A stretch of DNA of 64,000 nt from the human T2T-CHM13v2.0 reference genome, Homo sapiens: NCBI RefSeq assembly GCF_009914755.1, contig NC_060938.1; one strand, 5' to 3'. This document shows positions 51,569 through 64,000 of the stretch, piece after piece; the first letter of the stretch is position 1, and each line of letters opens with the position of its first letter. The translations under genes and the position numbers were made by a program. Under the pieces are notes generated by a model, which was given only the letters and a program-made list of their open reading frames with translations, had not been told where the DNA came from and made no database searches.

Positions 51569-52130
51569 TAAAAGTTTATGTTAAATTTATAGGTAACAGA
51601 ACTATAGATGCAAGATCTTGTACTCTTGAAGCCATATGTCAAATACAAAAGTGCTGAAATACTAAAAAATACCCCAAAATACTAAATACAAATACTGAAA
51701 AAGTGCTAAGGATGTTGAGATGCAAAATTACAAGAGTGCTGGAAGGCAGCAAGAATAAAGTCAACATTGAATCTTGCATCCCCTAAGCCAGCCAAATTGC
51801 CAGGCAGCTTTGGTTCTGTGGGCTTTAGGTAGGGGGGATTTTGAGGGGATCTGGTTCAGAGGTATCAGATGTTTTGCTTGTTGGTCATATTTTGGGAAGT
51901 ACTAGGTAGTAGCCCCTAAGAAAGACTCAAGAATGAACTATAGCGGGCTCCTAGAGGACAAACGGGAGAATACTGGAGTAACCAGGAGTAAAAAGATTTC
52001 TGTGGGTGTTTGCAGGGGAAGAGGGAGTGGGTATCTTCCATAGCCACTGTCCTCAGTGGCTTCTATTAAGATTGCAGATATGGGTGAAGATTCAATTTCA
52101 AATGAGTTTTTAAGAGCTCTATTTTACCAC

Positions 52131-52427
52131 TTTTTTTTTTTTTCCTGAGACAAAGTCTCGCTCTGTCACCCAGGCTGGAGTGCAGTGGCATGATCTCAGC
52201 TCACTGCGATCTCTGCCTCCTGGGTTCAAGTGATTCCCCCACCTCAGCCTCCTGAGTAGTTGGGAACACAGGCACACACCACCACGCCCGGCTAATTTTT
52301 ATATTTTTTGTAGAGAGGGAGTGTTGCCGTGTTGGCCAGGCTGGTCTTGAACTCCTGACCTCAAGTGATCCGCCCACCTCGGCCTCACAAATTCTGGCAT
52401 TACAGGCATAAGCCGTCGTACCCCGCC
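52131..52427 (-). mobile_element. Alu (AluJ/old AluS)
   Basis: Poly-T and full antisense dimer. Confidence 0.96.
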
Positions 52428-54239
52428 TTAGTATGTCATTGAAAAGAGCCTGCTAATCATTTTCTCTGAGAACTGGAAAGTTCTGAGGAATTGTGAATGT
52501 TTCTGGATGCAGTAGTTATTTGTAAACTCCACAATTATCAGTAAGTAATTGTTATCTATAAAACCATTGTAGTCCACTCCAACTGAAAATGTCTTTAATC
52601 TCACCTTTTGAATTGATCTACTTCTGAGTGGTGAACAGAGATGCCTAGGTCTGCTCTTCTACCTTTCCTGAGAAGTCCCTGGGCAGGGAAATAAGTTTCT
52701 ATTTAAGTACAGCATCTGGAAGGAGGTAATGTACAGGATGGTATGAGGGGGGTCAGAATGAAAAGGGTACTGTCCCTTGCCTACTTCATTATTTAATGAC
52801 TATGGACATTGGGTGTTATTCCCATGGGATGGTACTAACGCAGTAGTTGTTTAATTATGATGCTCTGAAGCTGAGTGGATGTTTGCAAAATATTTGGGTA
52901 CCTTGGAAAAGTGGCATTATTTGTATGTGAAATATTACTAAATGTATTGTTTGCCAAATAATTCAGAGAAAGGTTCAGCTGACTTTCTTTGGTTCGCTGA
53001 TTTAGAAACTTTTTCTTCAAAGTAGAAGTAATGATCCTTTTGCTTAAATGTAGCTCTGGGCACAGTTACAAATTTTCAGCATGTTTTTGGCTTCTATTAC
53101 TCTACATCAGCTATTCAGCAATTTGGCATTTTTGTTGTTGTTGTTGTTATTGTTGTTTTTTCCTAATGCAAAATGTTATTTGTTAAGCATTTTTCCTGCT
53201 AATAAAATATCACTTTTAGTGACTCTGCTACTGGGGCTAAAAATACCTTTGCTGATATTTAAGTAGAAGGTTGAAGAGGGGAGCTGATATTTTGTATTTT
53301 GATAAATTTTAGTTGAATAAAAGAAAGCAAATAAGTAGGAGAATTTTACCTCTTGTGTATGGGAATGTTACATGCTCTGTTTATACCTATATCTGGTAAT
53401 GTTCCTTAACACTAATATGCAATTTGTAGTTTAAACTGTAGAGCATAGTGTACTCTTTCTCTCTTTCCCTCCTTCCTTTTCCTTCCACAGATAATTTTTA
53501 AAGTACCGATTATATGTAAGATACTTTCTGGCATCATTCAGATAATGTCTGCTCTTCTTATGAGATACATACAGTCATTTATTTTTAAATAGGGAAACTC
53601 ACATTTTATGGTTTAATCAGTGGATGAGTCAATAGTTATTGAACAAACTGTCACTAATATTCTAAAGAAATAAATTTCACATATTGATCTTGAGATTTAT
53701 AAACTTAATGGAGAGCCATGAAAATGTCATAAATATATCCATAAATAAAATCAGTGTTGGATAGTTAGTGTAGTAGAAGCAATGTGATATAGAGGACTTA
53801 TTGACCACCTCATTCCAATGATTCTTCAAAGGATAAAAGTATCTGATTTCTTACCTCGGGATCCAGGTGTTAGTTTCTGCTTATTTTGAGATAAAATAAC
53901 TTATTTTCAACACTTCTATTTGCTTATGCATTCACATATATTTCTATATTAAATATAGAGTTATCTCTCCATTAAATATCTCTCCATACAGTTTGAAGTA
54001 CATCACCTCAAATAATGTATCAAACTCCTACTCACCTACAAATGGACACTCCTATGTATTCTATGAAGTACACTAAATGGACAGTATTTGTGTTCTCTAA
54101 ATGTTCACATCTTTCATAATTGACCCCTAAAAATGTGATTAAGGCCCTAGCCAAGAAATATTCAGGATATATAAAAGTGAAATATTTTGCACATTATAAT
54201 CTTATGCTGCATACATTTAAAATAGGTATTAAGGATCTA

Positions 54240-54800
54240 CTAAAATGTAGGGAGACATTGGATTTTTGTGTAGGATAATAAAAAGTCTTTGATTTCAAAG
54301 AGCTTTGAACTAATTTAGGAGAACCAGGACCTATACACTTCAGAGGCGAAATCATTCAGAAGTGAAAATAACTGTATGCAGCTTTGAGAAAAGAAATGTC
54401 ACAAGACAGGATGATAAGCTTGTCAAAAGGGTCATCCAGAGAGGAGAGAGACTATGAGACATAGTTCAGGGCTGAGCTAGACACAGCACTGTGAACTGTC
54501 AGTGGGAAGAGAGAGTTCTTCTGATCCTCAGAGGATAACCATCATAGAAATAGTGCAGAGGAGTGGTGAAGGCTTCCATGCAGAATGAATGATGTGAGCA
54601 GAATTGAGCAAGGCTGAAATATTAGCCAAACTGGGAGAAGCCATTTTCTGGTAGAGAGTAGGTGGGAGAAAGTGAGATGGCAGATGAGGACCAGGTTGAG
54701 AAGAGGCTTGAATAGTCAAGCAGGGAGTATTGCCTTTATTCTGCCAATGCCGGACAATCCTAGTGATGATCATGAGCAGGGAAGTGACTGGCCACAAAGT
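54240..54800 (-). mobile_element. L2 fragment (diverged)
   Basis: AAAAGTCTTTGATTTCAAAGAGCTTTGAACTAATTTAGG...GAGGCTTGAATAGTCAAGCAGGGAG...TTTATTCTG. Confidence 0.55.
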
Positions 54801-55571
54801 GCAGGAACGTAATAATGAAAGTATTTTTGATTAAGAGCAAGCTTGAAGTAAGAGGTACCTTTTCATCTTTGTGATTCCAAAGATGATAATTCAGAGTATT
54901 TTCCAGGGTGTGGCTTTTGCAGGCAACTTATAGTTCTCATTACCTGTGTTTTGGGATAGTTAGTATTTGGGATTGCCATTACTTATTTTTAATTCACCCC
55001 AAAGGACATTTTCCTATGTCCCTTTTCAGGTTAGCACATGAGCTAGGGAGAAAGTTAGTGCAAAGTCTAAGCAACAGGTTCACTGGCTCCGAGAATATGT
55101 AACTATGTATGTATGTGCTTATGTACGTACATGGTTGTATATGCATGTATTTAAGTATGTATGTACTAACAGAGATCAACTTCTCCTGTCCCCATCCTTC
55201 TGTTCTCCAAATTATAGAGACTTTACCGAGTTTTGGAAGACATCACAAACTTAGCATATTGTTTTACAAACTGACTCCCAAGGTCCATATTGTTTAAGCT
55301 GTCCCTCTGCCATAGCAATTCTTTAGAGTCTAGCCAAGAGATGCCAAGAAGAAGAAAGGATCCAAAGCGGGGGCAGGGGGAACTCTTGGTCTTGATACTT
55401 ATCTTTTAAGATAGAGAAATATATTTAGTGGTCTTTTATTACATTCCTCTAACTTGACAAAGATTGGTAAGAAACAGAGGAGAGAAAAGTCTGTATCCTA
55501 TGAGTTGAGGAGTGTTAAGAGAAAGTCCCTCCAAACAAGGTGCAACTGAATTGATTCTAATTTCTTAGAAT

Positions 55572-55935
55572 TGTATTAGTTTTCTAGGGTTGTCATAATG
55601 AAACACCAGAGACTGGGTGGCTTAAAGACCAGAAAATAATTTTCTCAGCTCTGGAGGGTGGAAGTCCAAGATCAAGGTGTCAGAAGGTTTGGTTTCTTCT
55701 GAGGCCTCTCTTGTTGGCTTGCGGATGGCAAACGTGCATGTGTGCATATCACCCTGGTGTCTCTTCCTCATTTATGAGGACACCAGTCATGCTGGAGTAG
55801 ACCCCCTCCATCTAATGACCGCATTTAGCTTTAATTATCTTCTTGAAAGACCTATTTCCAAATACAGTCACATCCTAAGGTACCGGGGGTTAGGGATTCA
55901 ACATAGAAATTTGAGGGGAGCACAATTTCCTAACA
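55572..55935 (-). mobile_element. MLT1A-like solo LTR
   Basis: TGTATTAGTTTTCTAGGGTTGTCATAA...GGAAGTCCAAGATCAAGGTG...CCAAATACAGTCACATCCTAAGGTACCGGGGGTTAGG. Confidence 0.88.
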
Positions 55936-56377
55936 GTTGTCTATATACAATTTGCCTTGTTCACAATTGACAATGAACAAAAAGAGAGAAACAATCAAAA
56001 CCATATTGTTTCCAGATAGTGAGACTTACTTACTACTGTTCTCTTTCTGAAAATAAAAAGAGCCATTACTTATGTTTAATTCACCCCAGACTATAAATAA
56101 ATAGGCCATAAAGTGTCACTGTTTTATAAAGAACCAAGGAATGTTTCTCTTACATACCATCCTGCTTAAATCCTCATAAGTGCTTCTTGTGAACTCATTT
56201 TCTTTCACACTTCAGATGAAACTCTCAGCTATGAAACGCAGCAGCTAAAAGCCTTCAGTTTCTCATTGGTCCCACAAAGCCTAACCTATGAACTACATTA
56301 TCAAACAAACAAGTCCAGGCCTAGAGGAAATTGGCCCATTCTTAAGAAAACCCAAACTTTTAATTAAAATGGTAGTA

Positions 56378-56873
56378 TAGTAGTTCCCCCTCCACCCTCT
56401 ATCCTTATCTATGGTGTCAGTTACCCATGGTCAACAGTGGTTCAAAAATAGTAAATGGACAATTCCAGAAACAGAAATTCATGTTTTAAATTGTGCACTG
56501 TTCTGAGCAGTGGTGATGAAATCTCGCACTTGCCCACTCTGTCCCACATGGGATATGACTCGTCTCGTGGTCTGGCATTTCCACACTGTATACGCTACCT
56601 GCCCGCTAGTCACTTAGTATTCTTCTTAGTTATCAGATTCACTGTGGTGGCATCATAGTGCTTGTGTTGATGCAACCCTTATTTTACTGAATAATAGCCT
56701 CAATGTGCAAGAGTACTGCTGCTGGCCATTCAGAAGTACCAAAGCGAAGCCATAAATGAGGGTGAAAAATTATCATAGGTAGGTATGCATAGGAAAATAC
56801 AGTATGTATAGGATTTGGTACTGTCCCTGGTTTCAGGCATCCACTCAGGGTCTTAGAACATATCCCTGTGGAT
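56378..56873. mobile_element. MER44-like TcMar-Tigger element
   Basis: TCAGTTACCCATGGTCAAC...AAATGGACAATTCCAGAAA...GGTTTCAGGCATCCACTCAGGGTCTTAGAACATATCCCTGTGGAT. Confidence 0.85.
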
Positions 56874-57601
56874 TGTCTGGGATGAGGGCGTCTAGCATGT
56901 CTCTAGGCTCTCAAAAAATTTTGCCATTACACATTGTCAGATGTAGGTAATTTTAGGGAGAAATAGTAAAAACACCAATTACTATTGAAACTCCCACAGG
57001 CTGATAAATGGCAAAATACGTTAAGCCTAACACAAATTTTTCAGTAAAATTGTTTTTCACAAATTTCTTCTAAGTCTAAAAGAGAAGGCTTTGCTTACCA
57101 GTATTGGATATGTATATTATACTTCAATGTACTTGTTATTTATTTCCCAAGATTATTTACTTGTGATTTATTCTCATTCATTGTATTTTTTCATCATATA
57201 TTTGAAAATTGTACATCATCCAATAATGTACCAAAACACGGAGCCATGATATCTGGATATTGAACACGTGTTTTCTAGAATGCAACTGGTGATAGAAAGT
57301 GACAACTTATTGTCTTTGCATTCAGCAAGGTCCTTTCGTCTTTTTCATTCAGATGATTCAGTGCTTATTGCAAAAAACATAATTGAGAGGATACCAGATT
57401 TATTTCAGCAATTCTATGGATAAAGTCCTTTCGAACTCTAGATAGTAGTCTCTAAGTTGCATATGTATAGTAAGATAATGTAAGCAATATACTTGAATCT
57501 TAGTATTGAGGCTTTGCTATTCATGAAATATATAACCTGAATTTTTTTAAAAAATCAATGAATTTGATCATATCTTGGAACCTCATTTCACTCTCTCTGG
57601 T

Positions 57602-57615
57602 GTTGTCATGGCAAC
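57602..57615. promoter_or_regulatory. Candidate RFX X-box
   Basis: GTTGTCATGGCAAC, one mismatch to the palindromic X-box GTTGCCATGGCAAC, in apparently unique sequence; function not shown. Confidence 0.45.
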
Positions 57616-58194
57616 AGGAAAGCCAGGGTGCTATGGGGAGCTGTGATTTGAGACTTCTGCTACAGTTATTCCTGTGTGTGGTCCAGAGAGAAAAAAATAA
57701 AGTGATGGTGCTTGATTTTTAAAAATTATATTTAATATGCATTATGCTAATATAGCAGTCATGGAGGATTCACACTCTTAAAAATGCCCAGTTTTGTCTT
57801 TTGTCTTTTTACCCATTAAGTTGGGTTCGGGTTTACTTTTTCCTGTTTAAGTCCAGTTCAGTGACTATGAGAATTATTTTTGATATGAATAGTATATAGT
57901 TAGTTATTAGGTCTTGAAACAAATAGGATGGATAATATAAGATTCAAACAATTGAATTTATTAAATGGTTATGTTAAACATTTGAATTAATTACAAATGC
58001 TTTATAAAACTGTGAGGTGAGCTTTGGCTATAAATCCTGCCCACCAATGATATGGGCAGCTCATGGTCTTAGTCCACATTATTGAGACCCTGTGCCTGCC
58101 TGTCTGTGGCTCCATGTCCAGTTTACATGATATGACAGCTTTACCACTTCACATGTAAATTCTGGTAATTCCCTTTTACTTGTACCTTTACTTG

Positions 58195-58447
58195 ATTCTT
58201 TCTTTGCTTTCCTTCCTTCAATCCATCCTCTTCCCTTCCCCATCCATCCTTTATCCTTCCCTCCCCCATCCATCCTCCATCCTTCCCTCCCCCATCCATC
58301 CTCCCTCTCTCCATCCTCTTTCCATCCTCTCACCCTCTCTCCTTTTCCTTACTCCCACCCTCTCTCCTTTTCCTTCCTGCCATCCCCTCCTCTCACCTCC
58401 CCTCCTCTCCACTCCCCTTTCCCTTCCCCTTCCCTTCCCATCTTTCT
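58195..58447. repeat. Pyrimidine-rich low-complexity tract (CCCT/CCAT/CCTT units)
   Basis: Read directly; almost no G on the plus strand. Confidence 0.92.
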
Positions 58448-58987
58448 CAGATGGGAAGGGAAAAAAAGCATATCCCAGATGCTTTATTTGGGATATTTAT
58501 TGCATTAAATGTACTTGCTGCTCTGTACTGTCCAGCTGCAGGCTGCTTTTACTCTTCTAAGTAGGTTAAATTAACTTCCCTTTGTCCCCACCTTCATTCT
58601 CCTACCCCTCCCACAAACCTCTTCCCCAGTTTCCCCACTTAGCCCCAGGTGAAACAAACCCATAGGTCTCTGTGCCCAGTGGCCACTTGCTTCTTCATGC
58701 CAGGTCTCTGCTCAGAGTAGATGGAGTTCTTGGAAAATCTGGTGAGGAGCCTAAATATATGCAGCAGTTTTATATGCAAAGGCCAGAGGCAGAGGGGAAC
58801 AGAAAAAATTTAAACTCCTTAGGAATGAGCAGGAATTATGAAGAAGGTTCTAGTCACTATGAAATAGAAAATTGATAGCACTCTGAGAATCATGTCTAGA
58901 CTTCCAGGGAACTCTGATGAACATCAGGATTATGCACATTTAAGATAGAAAAGAGCAAATACTTAAATACATTTTAAACAAAGGTGT

Positions 58988-59072
58988 GGTTGAGGCTGCA
59001 GTGAGCTGTAATTGTACCACTGCACTCCAACCCAGGTGACACAGTAAGACCCTATCTCAAACAAAACAAAAT
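58988..59072 (+). mobile_element. 5'-truncated Alu (3' end only)
   Basis: GGTTGAGGCTGCAGTGAGC...GACCCTATCTCAAACAAAACAAAAT; TSD ACAAAGGTGT (58978-58987 / 59073-59082). Confidence 0.9.
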
Positions 59073-60254
59073 ACAAAGGTGTTCCAAGGCAGCAAGAGCT
59101 AGGCTTATATGCATACATCTTTGCAATATTTATATTATTTTAGAAGTTCACCATATTCAGAATTTTTTTATTTAGCTCAAAACAAAAATAGTTACCTACA
59201 TTGATTCCTGGGAGCATCGTTCCAAATAAAGGCTAATTTGGAGTTCAAATGTATTGCAAATTAGAAGAATAGAAGAGAAAGATGGAAACATTTTCTTGCC
59301 ATGCAATATTAGTGTTTATAGGTTAAATTCCAGATCCTTTCTAGGATGAGACATTAAAAAGAATTATGCACTAGGTGTAATTATGCACAAGGGTGCCAGC
59401 TATGTCTTTATCACATCCTAGCCATTGATTGAAAGAATTTGTCTTCTTGTTCCCCTCATTAAATAAACCATAGACCATTGCTAACTCTGATTACTATTGA
59501 AGTCTTGTGTATTTAATTGCATGCTATATGCCTGCAGTGGGGCATTCAGAAGGACATGACAACACAGTTGATTTGGATTCTATTTAGGTAACCCACACTA
59601 CAGAATGCACTGAATGATAGAAGTTTTCACGACAATCAAGATGAGAAACTTAAGATTACTAAATGACCTGAATTCATGCTAAACTCAACCCTATGCTGCC
59701 ACAATTAGATCTGAACTGCAGACACACACTAAAAATGTCTGTTTTCCCAACTGGCACTTGTAAAGGATACAATAGATTTTCATCATTAAAATTATTAAGG
59801 CGACTACCAAAATATAAGTACCACATTCTGGTCAACTGTAGTTTGCTGGAATGGAGTCATGGATAGAGGCTTTAATTCTATACCTTAAGTTTATATGAAG
59901 TGGATTACAAGTCTCTAGAAGGTTTAAGAGATCATTGGGTCCAGAAACCTGCTAATCATTACAGAGACAAGAATAGACTCAAGAGGGCACATGGTTGATG
60001 AAAGTATTATTGGAATAAATAAGCTCTTCACATTTGTGGGTCTCACAATGTTGGCTGTGAAGGCAAAGTCTCCCTGTCTCCTTTCCTTTCCTGTGCTTCT
60101 CTACACAGCAAAGCCTGAGGATATGTAATGCCCTAGACAGATAGAAGCTATTGCAAGCATTAAGTGTGAAAGTCACATCCACACTTAAATAACTAATACA
60201 TATTTCACAATTAACATGTATAACACTAAACTTATCCTTTAGAGTTGTGTCACC

Positions 60255-60480
60255 CAATGTCTTTCCCATCTCAATTACACCAACTCCATCTGTTTAGTGG
60301 TTCAGGCCAAAACCACTAGGGTCATGTGAGATTCCTCTCTGTATTTTCCACTCCATGTCTAGTTTATCAGGAAATCAACTTGATTCTAGCTTCAAAATAT
60401 ATCAGAAATCAAACAGTTTCCCACTATCTCTGTGGTGACTACCCTGGTTAGAAACATCATCATTTCTTGCCTGAAATCTG
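60255..60480 (+). mobile_element. L2 fragment
   Basis: TTCCCATCTCA...TCAGGCCAAAAC...GCTTCAAAATATATC...CATCATCATTTCTTGCCTG. Confidence 0.75.
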
Positions 60481-60489
60481 GCAAAGTTT

Positions 60490-63260
60490 CTATTCTTTTT
60501 TCTCTAGAATTTTTAAGAGTTCCACATGTATTAGTGTTATTAGCTCTTTATCTGTGAAGCATTCTACACATGTTCTCTCCTAGTATGTTATCTTTTGACT
60601 TTTTTATGCCATGTAAAAGTTTTCAAAGCAACTTTTGTGAATGACACAATGTATTCACATTTATCAATGTTTTCTCTGGATTTTGAGTTAAAGCTAGAAA
60701 ATCTTTTCTTATCCCTAGGTTTTATAGGAATTCATCCATATTTTCTTCCGGTACTTTTGTGGGTTTACTTTTTACATTCAGATTCCTGACTAATTTGGTG
60801 TTTTTTCTTATGTATTAAATGAGGTATGGATCTAACTGTCTTTTTCTAAGTATCAGTTCTCCCACCAACCACTTATGAAGATATCCATCCTTGCCCTAGT
60901 GGTTTGAGGTTACCTTCATGTGTCATATACATTAAATAGGCACTTTGTTCTATTTCTCGATTTTTAATTATTTCTCACTGGTCTATCTGCTTATGTACCA
61001 GTATCATACTATTTTAATTATAAACATGTTGTAGTATTTTTAAAAGTCTGGTAGGATCAATCCTCTAGTGGTAGTTTTTCCTTTATAGGATTTTCCTGAA
61101 TATTCCGTATAAAATTTGTATTAACTTGCTTAGTCCAGATCCATCAAATGGCTTGCTGGCATTTTCCTTGGGGTTGCATTAAATTTATAACTTAGAACTG
61201 ATACCTTTATGATGTTGAGTCATATTATCCAAGAACTAGAAATGTCTTTCCATTTGGTCAAGTCCAAGATTATTTCTCAGAGGAGTTAAGTTTTCTTTAT
61301 GTAAATTCATACATTTTTTGTCAAAGTTATTCCTGGGTATCTTGTCTCATTTTTATGGTAAATAAAATTTTCTTTGCCATTATATTCTCTGATAATCTTA
61401 TATGTTTATGAAAACTATTTCTGCATGTTAATTTTATATGCTGCTAATGTATTTTTTTTAGTTAGAATTATCATTGACTTTCTGGGTATATGGTCATCGA
61501 TCATATCTTCAGCAAATAGCAGCAGTTTACTTTTTCTTTTCCAACACTATGCCTCTTATTAGTTTTACTCATCTGATTGCATAGGCCTCTAGTAAATGTT
61601 AATAGTAGTAGAGTTAGTGGGTATCCACTAATTTTCTCAATATCCATTTTAAGAAAGTATATACCAATTTATATTTTGCTGTATGATTTTTCCAAAAATG
61701 AATATTATATAATTCATTGAATTTGTTATACCTGTGAAAACATTAAAAAGTTCTCCTCTTTAGGTGTATTGTGTCATAATAATTTATCTTCTAAGATTGA
61801 GTCAATTTTACATTCCTGAAACAAATCCTACTTTGTCATGGTGTATTGCTTTTATATTATTGTGTTAGATTCTGTTTGCTAATGGTTTAAATTAAAGCTT
61901 TTGTTTGTATGGACTTTATCAGGTTTAATTATCAATGTTATTCTTGTTCCATACTAATAATTATAATTTTTTTTATTTTCAATGTTCTGGAACAAGTTAT
62001 GGAGCATTGGTATTTTTGGTCATTAAATATTCAGTAGAACTGCCCTGTGAAGCCATCAGGGCCTGGTGCTTTTTTTGTGCTACAGCTCCTTGTTTCCTTT
62101 TTCTCTTTTATGGATATTTGTCTTTTTATCACTAATGGGACATTTTCATAAGCTGTATTTTCCTTAAAATCCATTTCATCTTGGTTTTCAAATTTATCTG
62201 CATAAAGCTCTGCAATACAATCCCTTATGATTTCAGAATATTTCTTCTGTTTCAGTGGTTATTTCCTCTTGTCATTTCTTATTTTGTGTACTTGTACTTT
62301 CTCCCTATTTTTTAAATGATGTTTTGATTTTATTTTTTAATAAGATTTTGATTTATTAAATTAAAATTACAATTTATTACATCAATTTATTATTTTTTCT
62401 CTACCATATTAATTATTACTTTTATTTTTAGTATTTTCTTCTTTGTAAGTTCCTTTGGCTTACTTCAATATCCTCTTTCTAGTTTTTTGAGATAATTTAA
62501 TTATTTTAATTCTTACTTTTTGATTGATGTAAGTATTTAAGACTGAATTTTTCTATTCACTGTTTGAAACATATTCCAAAAATTTTGGTAGTAGTATTTT
62601 CATTATTATTTAAAAAGAAATTCTGTAATTTTGTTTTCTAAATTTTCTTTTCATCCAAGAGTTGTTTGCCAGATTTTAATTTTTTTAATTTCAGAAGAAT
62701 ATTTTTTCTCTTTTGTTTATAATTTTTATGTTTATTGCATTGTGATCAGAGATTATTGTTTGTAACATTTCTACTTTTCAGGGAACTTTGTAATGTTTTC
62801 ATTGTGACCAAATATGTGACCAGTTTTTGTAAATGTGTTTTGTGCACTTGAGAAGAAGATATATTCTCCATTATCAGGATATGAATTTTATATGTATTAA
62901 TTAGATTCATCTTGTTGATTATTTGCTTAAATCTTTGTCCTTACTTTTTGTCCTCTTGATTTGTCTTACACTAAGAGTGTTGCGTTAAGGGTCTGCTATT
63001 TTTACTGTTTCTATATCCCCTTGAGTCTTTCATAATTTTATATATAAAGGTAATTTCTATGTAATTTCATACATTGATACACATAATAATTACAGATTTC
63101 TACCTCTGTTTTTGTATTTCCATTTGCCTGCTAGGCCTTTGCCCATTCCTTTATTTTCAACCTTTCTGGACCATTTTGTTTTGGATATGTCTTTATATAT
63201 AGTATTTGGATTTGCTTTATGGGGCAGATTGGACATCATTTTTCTTTTATTAATTGGATT
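60490..63260 (-). mobile_element. Ancient L1M (L1ME/MC-like) ORF2 region
   Basis: Diverged antisense L1 sequence (TGAGGTATGGATCTAA, TGTGAAGCCATCAGGGCCTGG, TTTATTGCATTGTGATCAGAG). Confidence 0.78.
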
Positions 63261-63266
63261 AAGTAT

Positions 63267-63649
63267 TGTATTAGTCCATTTTCATACTGCTATAAAGAAC
63301 TGCCAAAGACTGAGTAATTTATAAAGGAAAGAGGTTTCATTGACTCACAGTTCAGCATGGCTGAGGAAATCTCAGGAAACTTATAATCACCGTGGAAGGT
63401 GAAGGGTAAACAATACACCTTCTTCACAAGGCGGCAGGAAAGAGAAGTACCCAGAGAAGCGGCAAAAGCCCCTTATAAAACCATCAGATCTCATGAGAAC
63501 TCCCTATGATGAGAACCGTGTAGGGGAAACTGCCCTCATGATCCAATTCCCACCACCTGATCTTTCCCTTGACCTCTGGGGATTATGGGGTTTATGGGAA
63601 TTATAAATCAAGTTGACACTTTGGGCGGGGACACAGCCAAACCATATCA
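63267..63649 (-). mobile_element. THE1D-like solo LTR
   Basis: TGTATTAGTCCATTTTCATACTGCTATAAAG...ACACAGCCAAACCATATCA; exact TSD AGTAT (63262-63266 / 63650-63654). Confidence 0.93.
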
Positions 63650-63669
63650 AGTATTCACTTTTTTCTTTG

Positions 63670-64000
63670 TTAATAAACTTTTAATTAAGCATTTAGGCTA
63701 GTTATAGATTTACAAAACAAAAGTTGCAAAGGTAGTACAGAGAGTTCCCATATAGCCCACAACCATATCCCTTTATTATCATCTTACAGTAGCACATGGT
63801 ACATTATCACAATTAATGAACTAGTATAGATATGTTACTGCTAGCAAGATTATCCAAATCTTTTTATTTTTTTTTAAATCTTTTTCTGTTGCAGAATACC
63901 ATCCAGAATGCCACATATATTTAATATTCATGTTTCCTTACGTGCCTCTTGGCTGTGACTGTTTCTTAGATTACCTTGTTTTGCATGACTTCAACTCTTA
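63670..64000 (-). mobile_element. L1MC/MD-class 3' end, continuing past the window
   Basis: AAAAGTTGCAAAGGTAGTACAGAGAGTTCCCATATA...CCTCTTGGCTGTGACTGTTTCTTAGA. Confidence 0.75.

Noticed and set aside
58079-58560. ORFs of 84 and 126 aa
   Set aside because: They arise from the low-complexity CT tract, which lacks stop codons.
59362-59395. AATTATGCAC repeated twice
   Set aside because: Short imperfect duplication with no further supporting structure.

Overview
This is AT-rich, CpG-depleted primate (human-like) genomic DNA dominated by interspersed repeats. I find no supportable host protein-coding exon, RNA gene, CpG island or CRISPR array; the longer ORFs in the track are mostly decayed L1, THE1-internal or Alu sequence, and the remainder match nothing I recognise. 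Main elements: a full-length old L1PA (minus strand, about 6.2 kb) splitting a MIR; old L1M fragments; two complete THE1 (MaLR) proviruses on the plus strand with 5-bp TSDs; an MLT1D-like internal region plus 3' LTR that splits a MER53; several solo MLT1/MST/THE1/MLT2 LTRs; six near-full Alus plus two partial ones; and DNA transposons (MER85, MER53, MER20, MER44, MER5). I did not find a new biological system. The most interesting signals are small-scale: a THE1 provirus whose two LTRs carry different lineage variants, a MER11 remnant with an inverted piece, a MER85 with an extended palindrome nested in an MLT1, an out-of-order copy inside an L1, and a near-perfect RFX X-box in unique sequence. 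Repeat subfamily names come from recalled consensus motifs and need RepeatMasker/Dfam confirmation. Boundaries are approximate unless a TSD is quoted.
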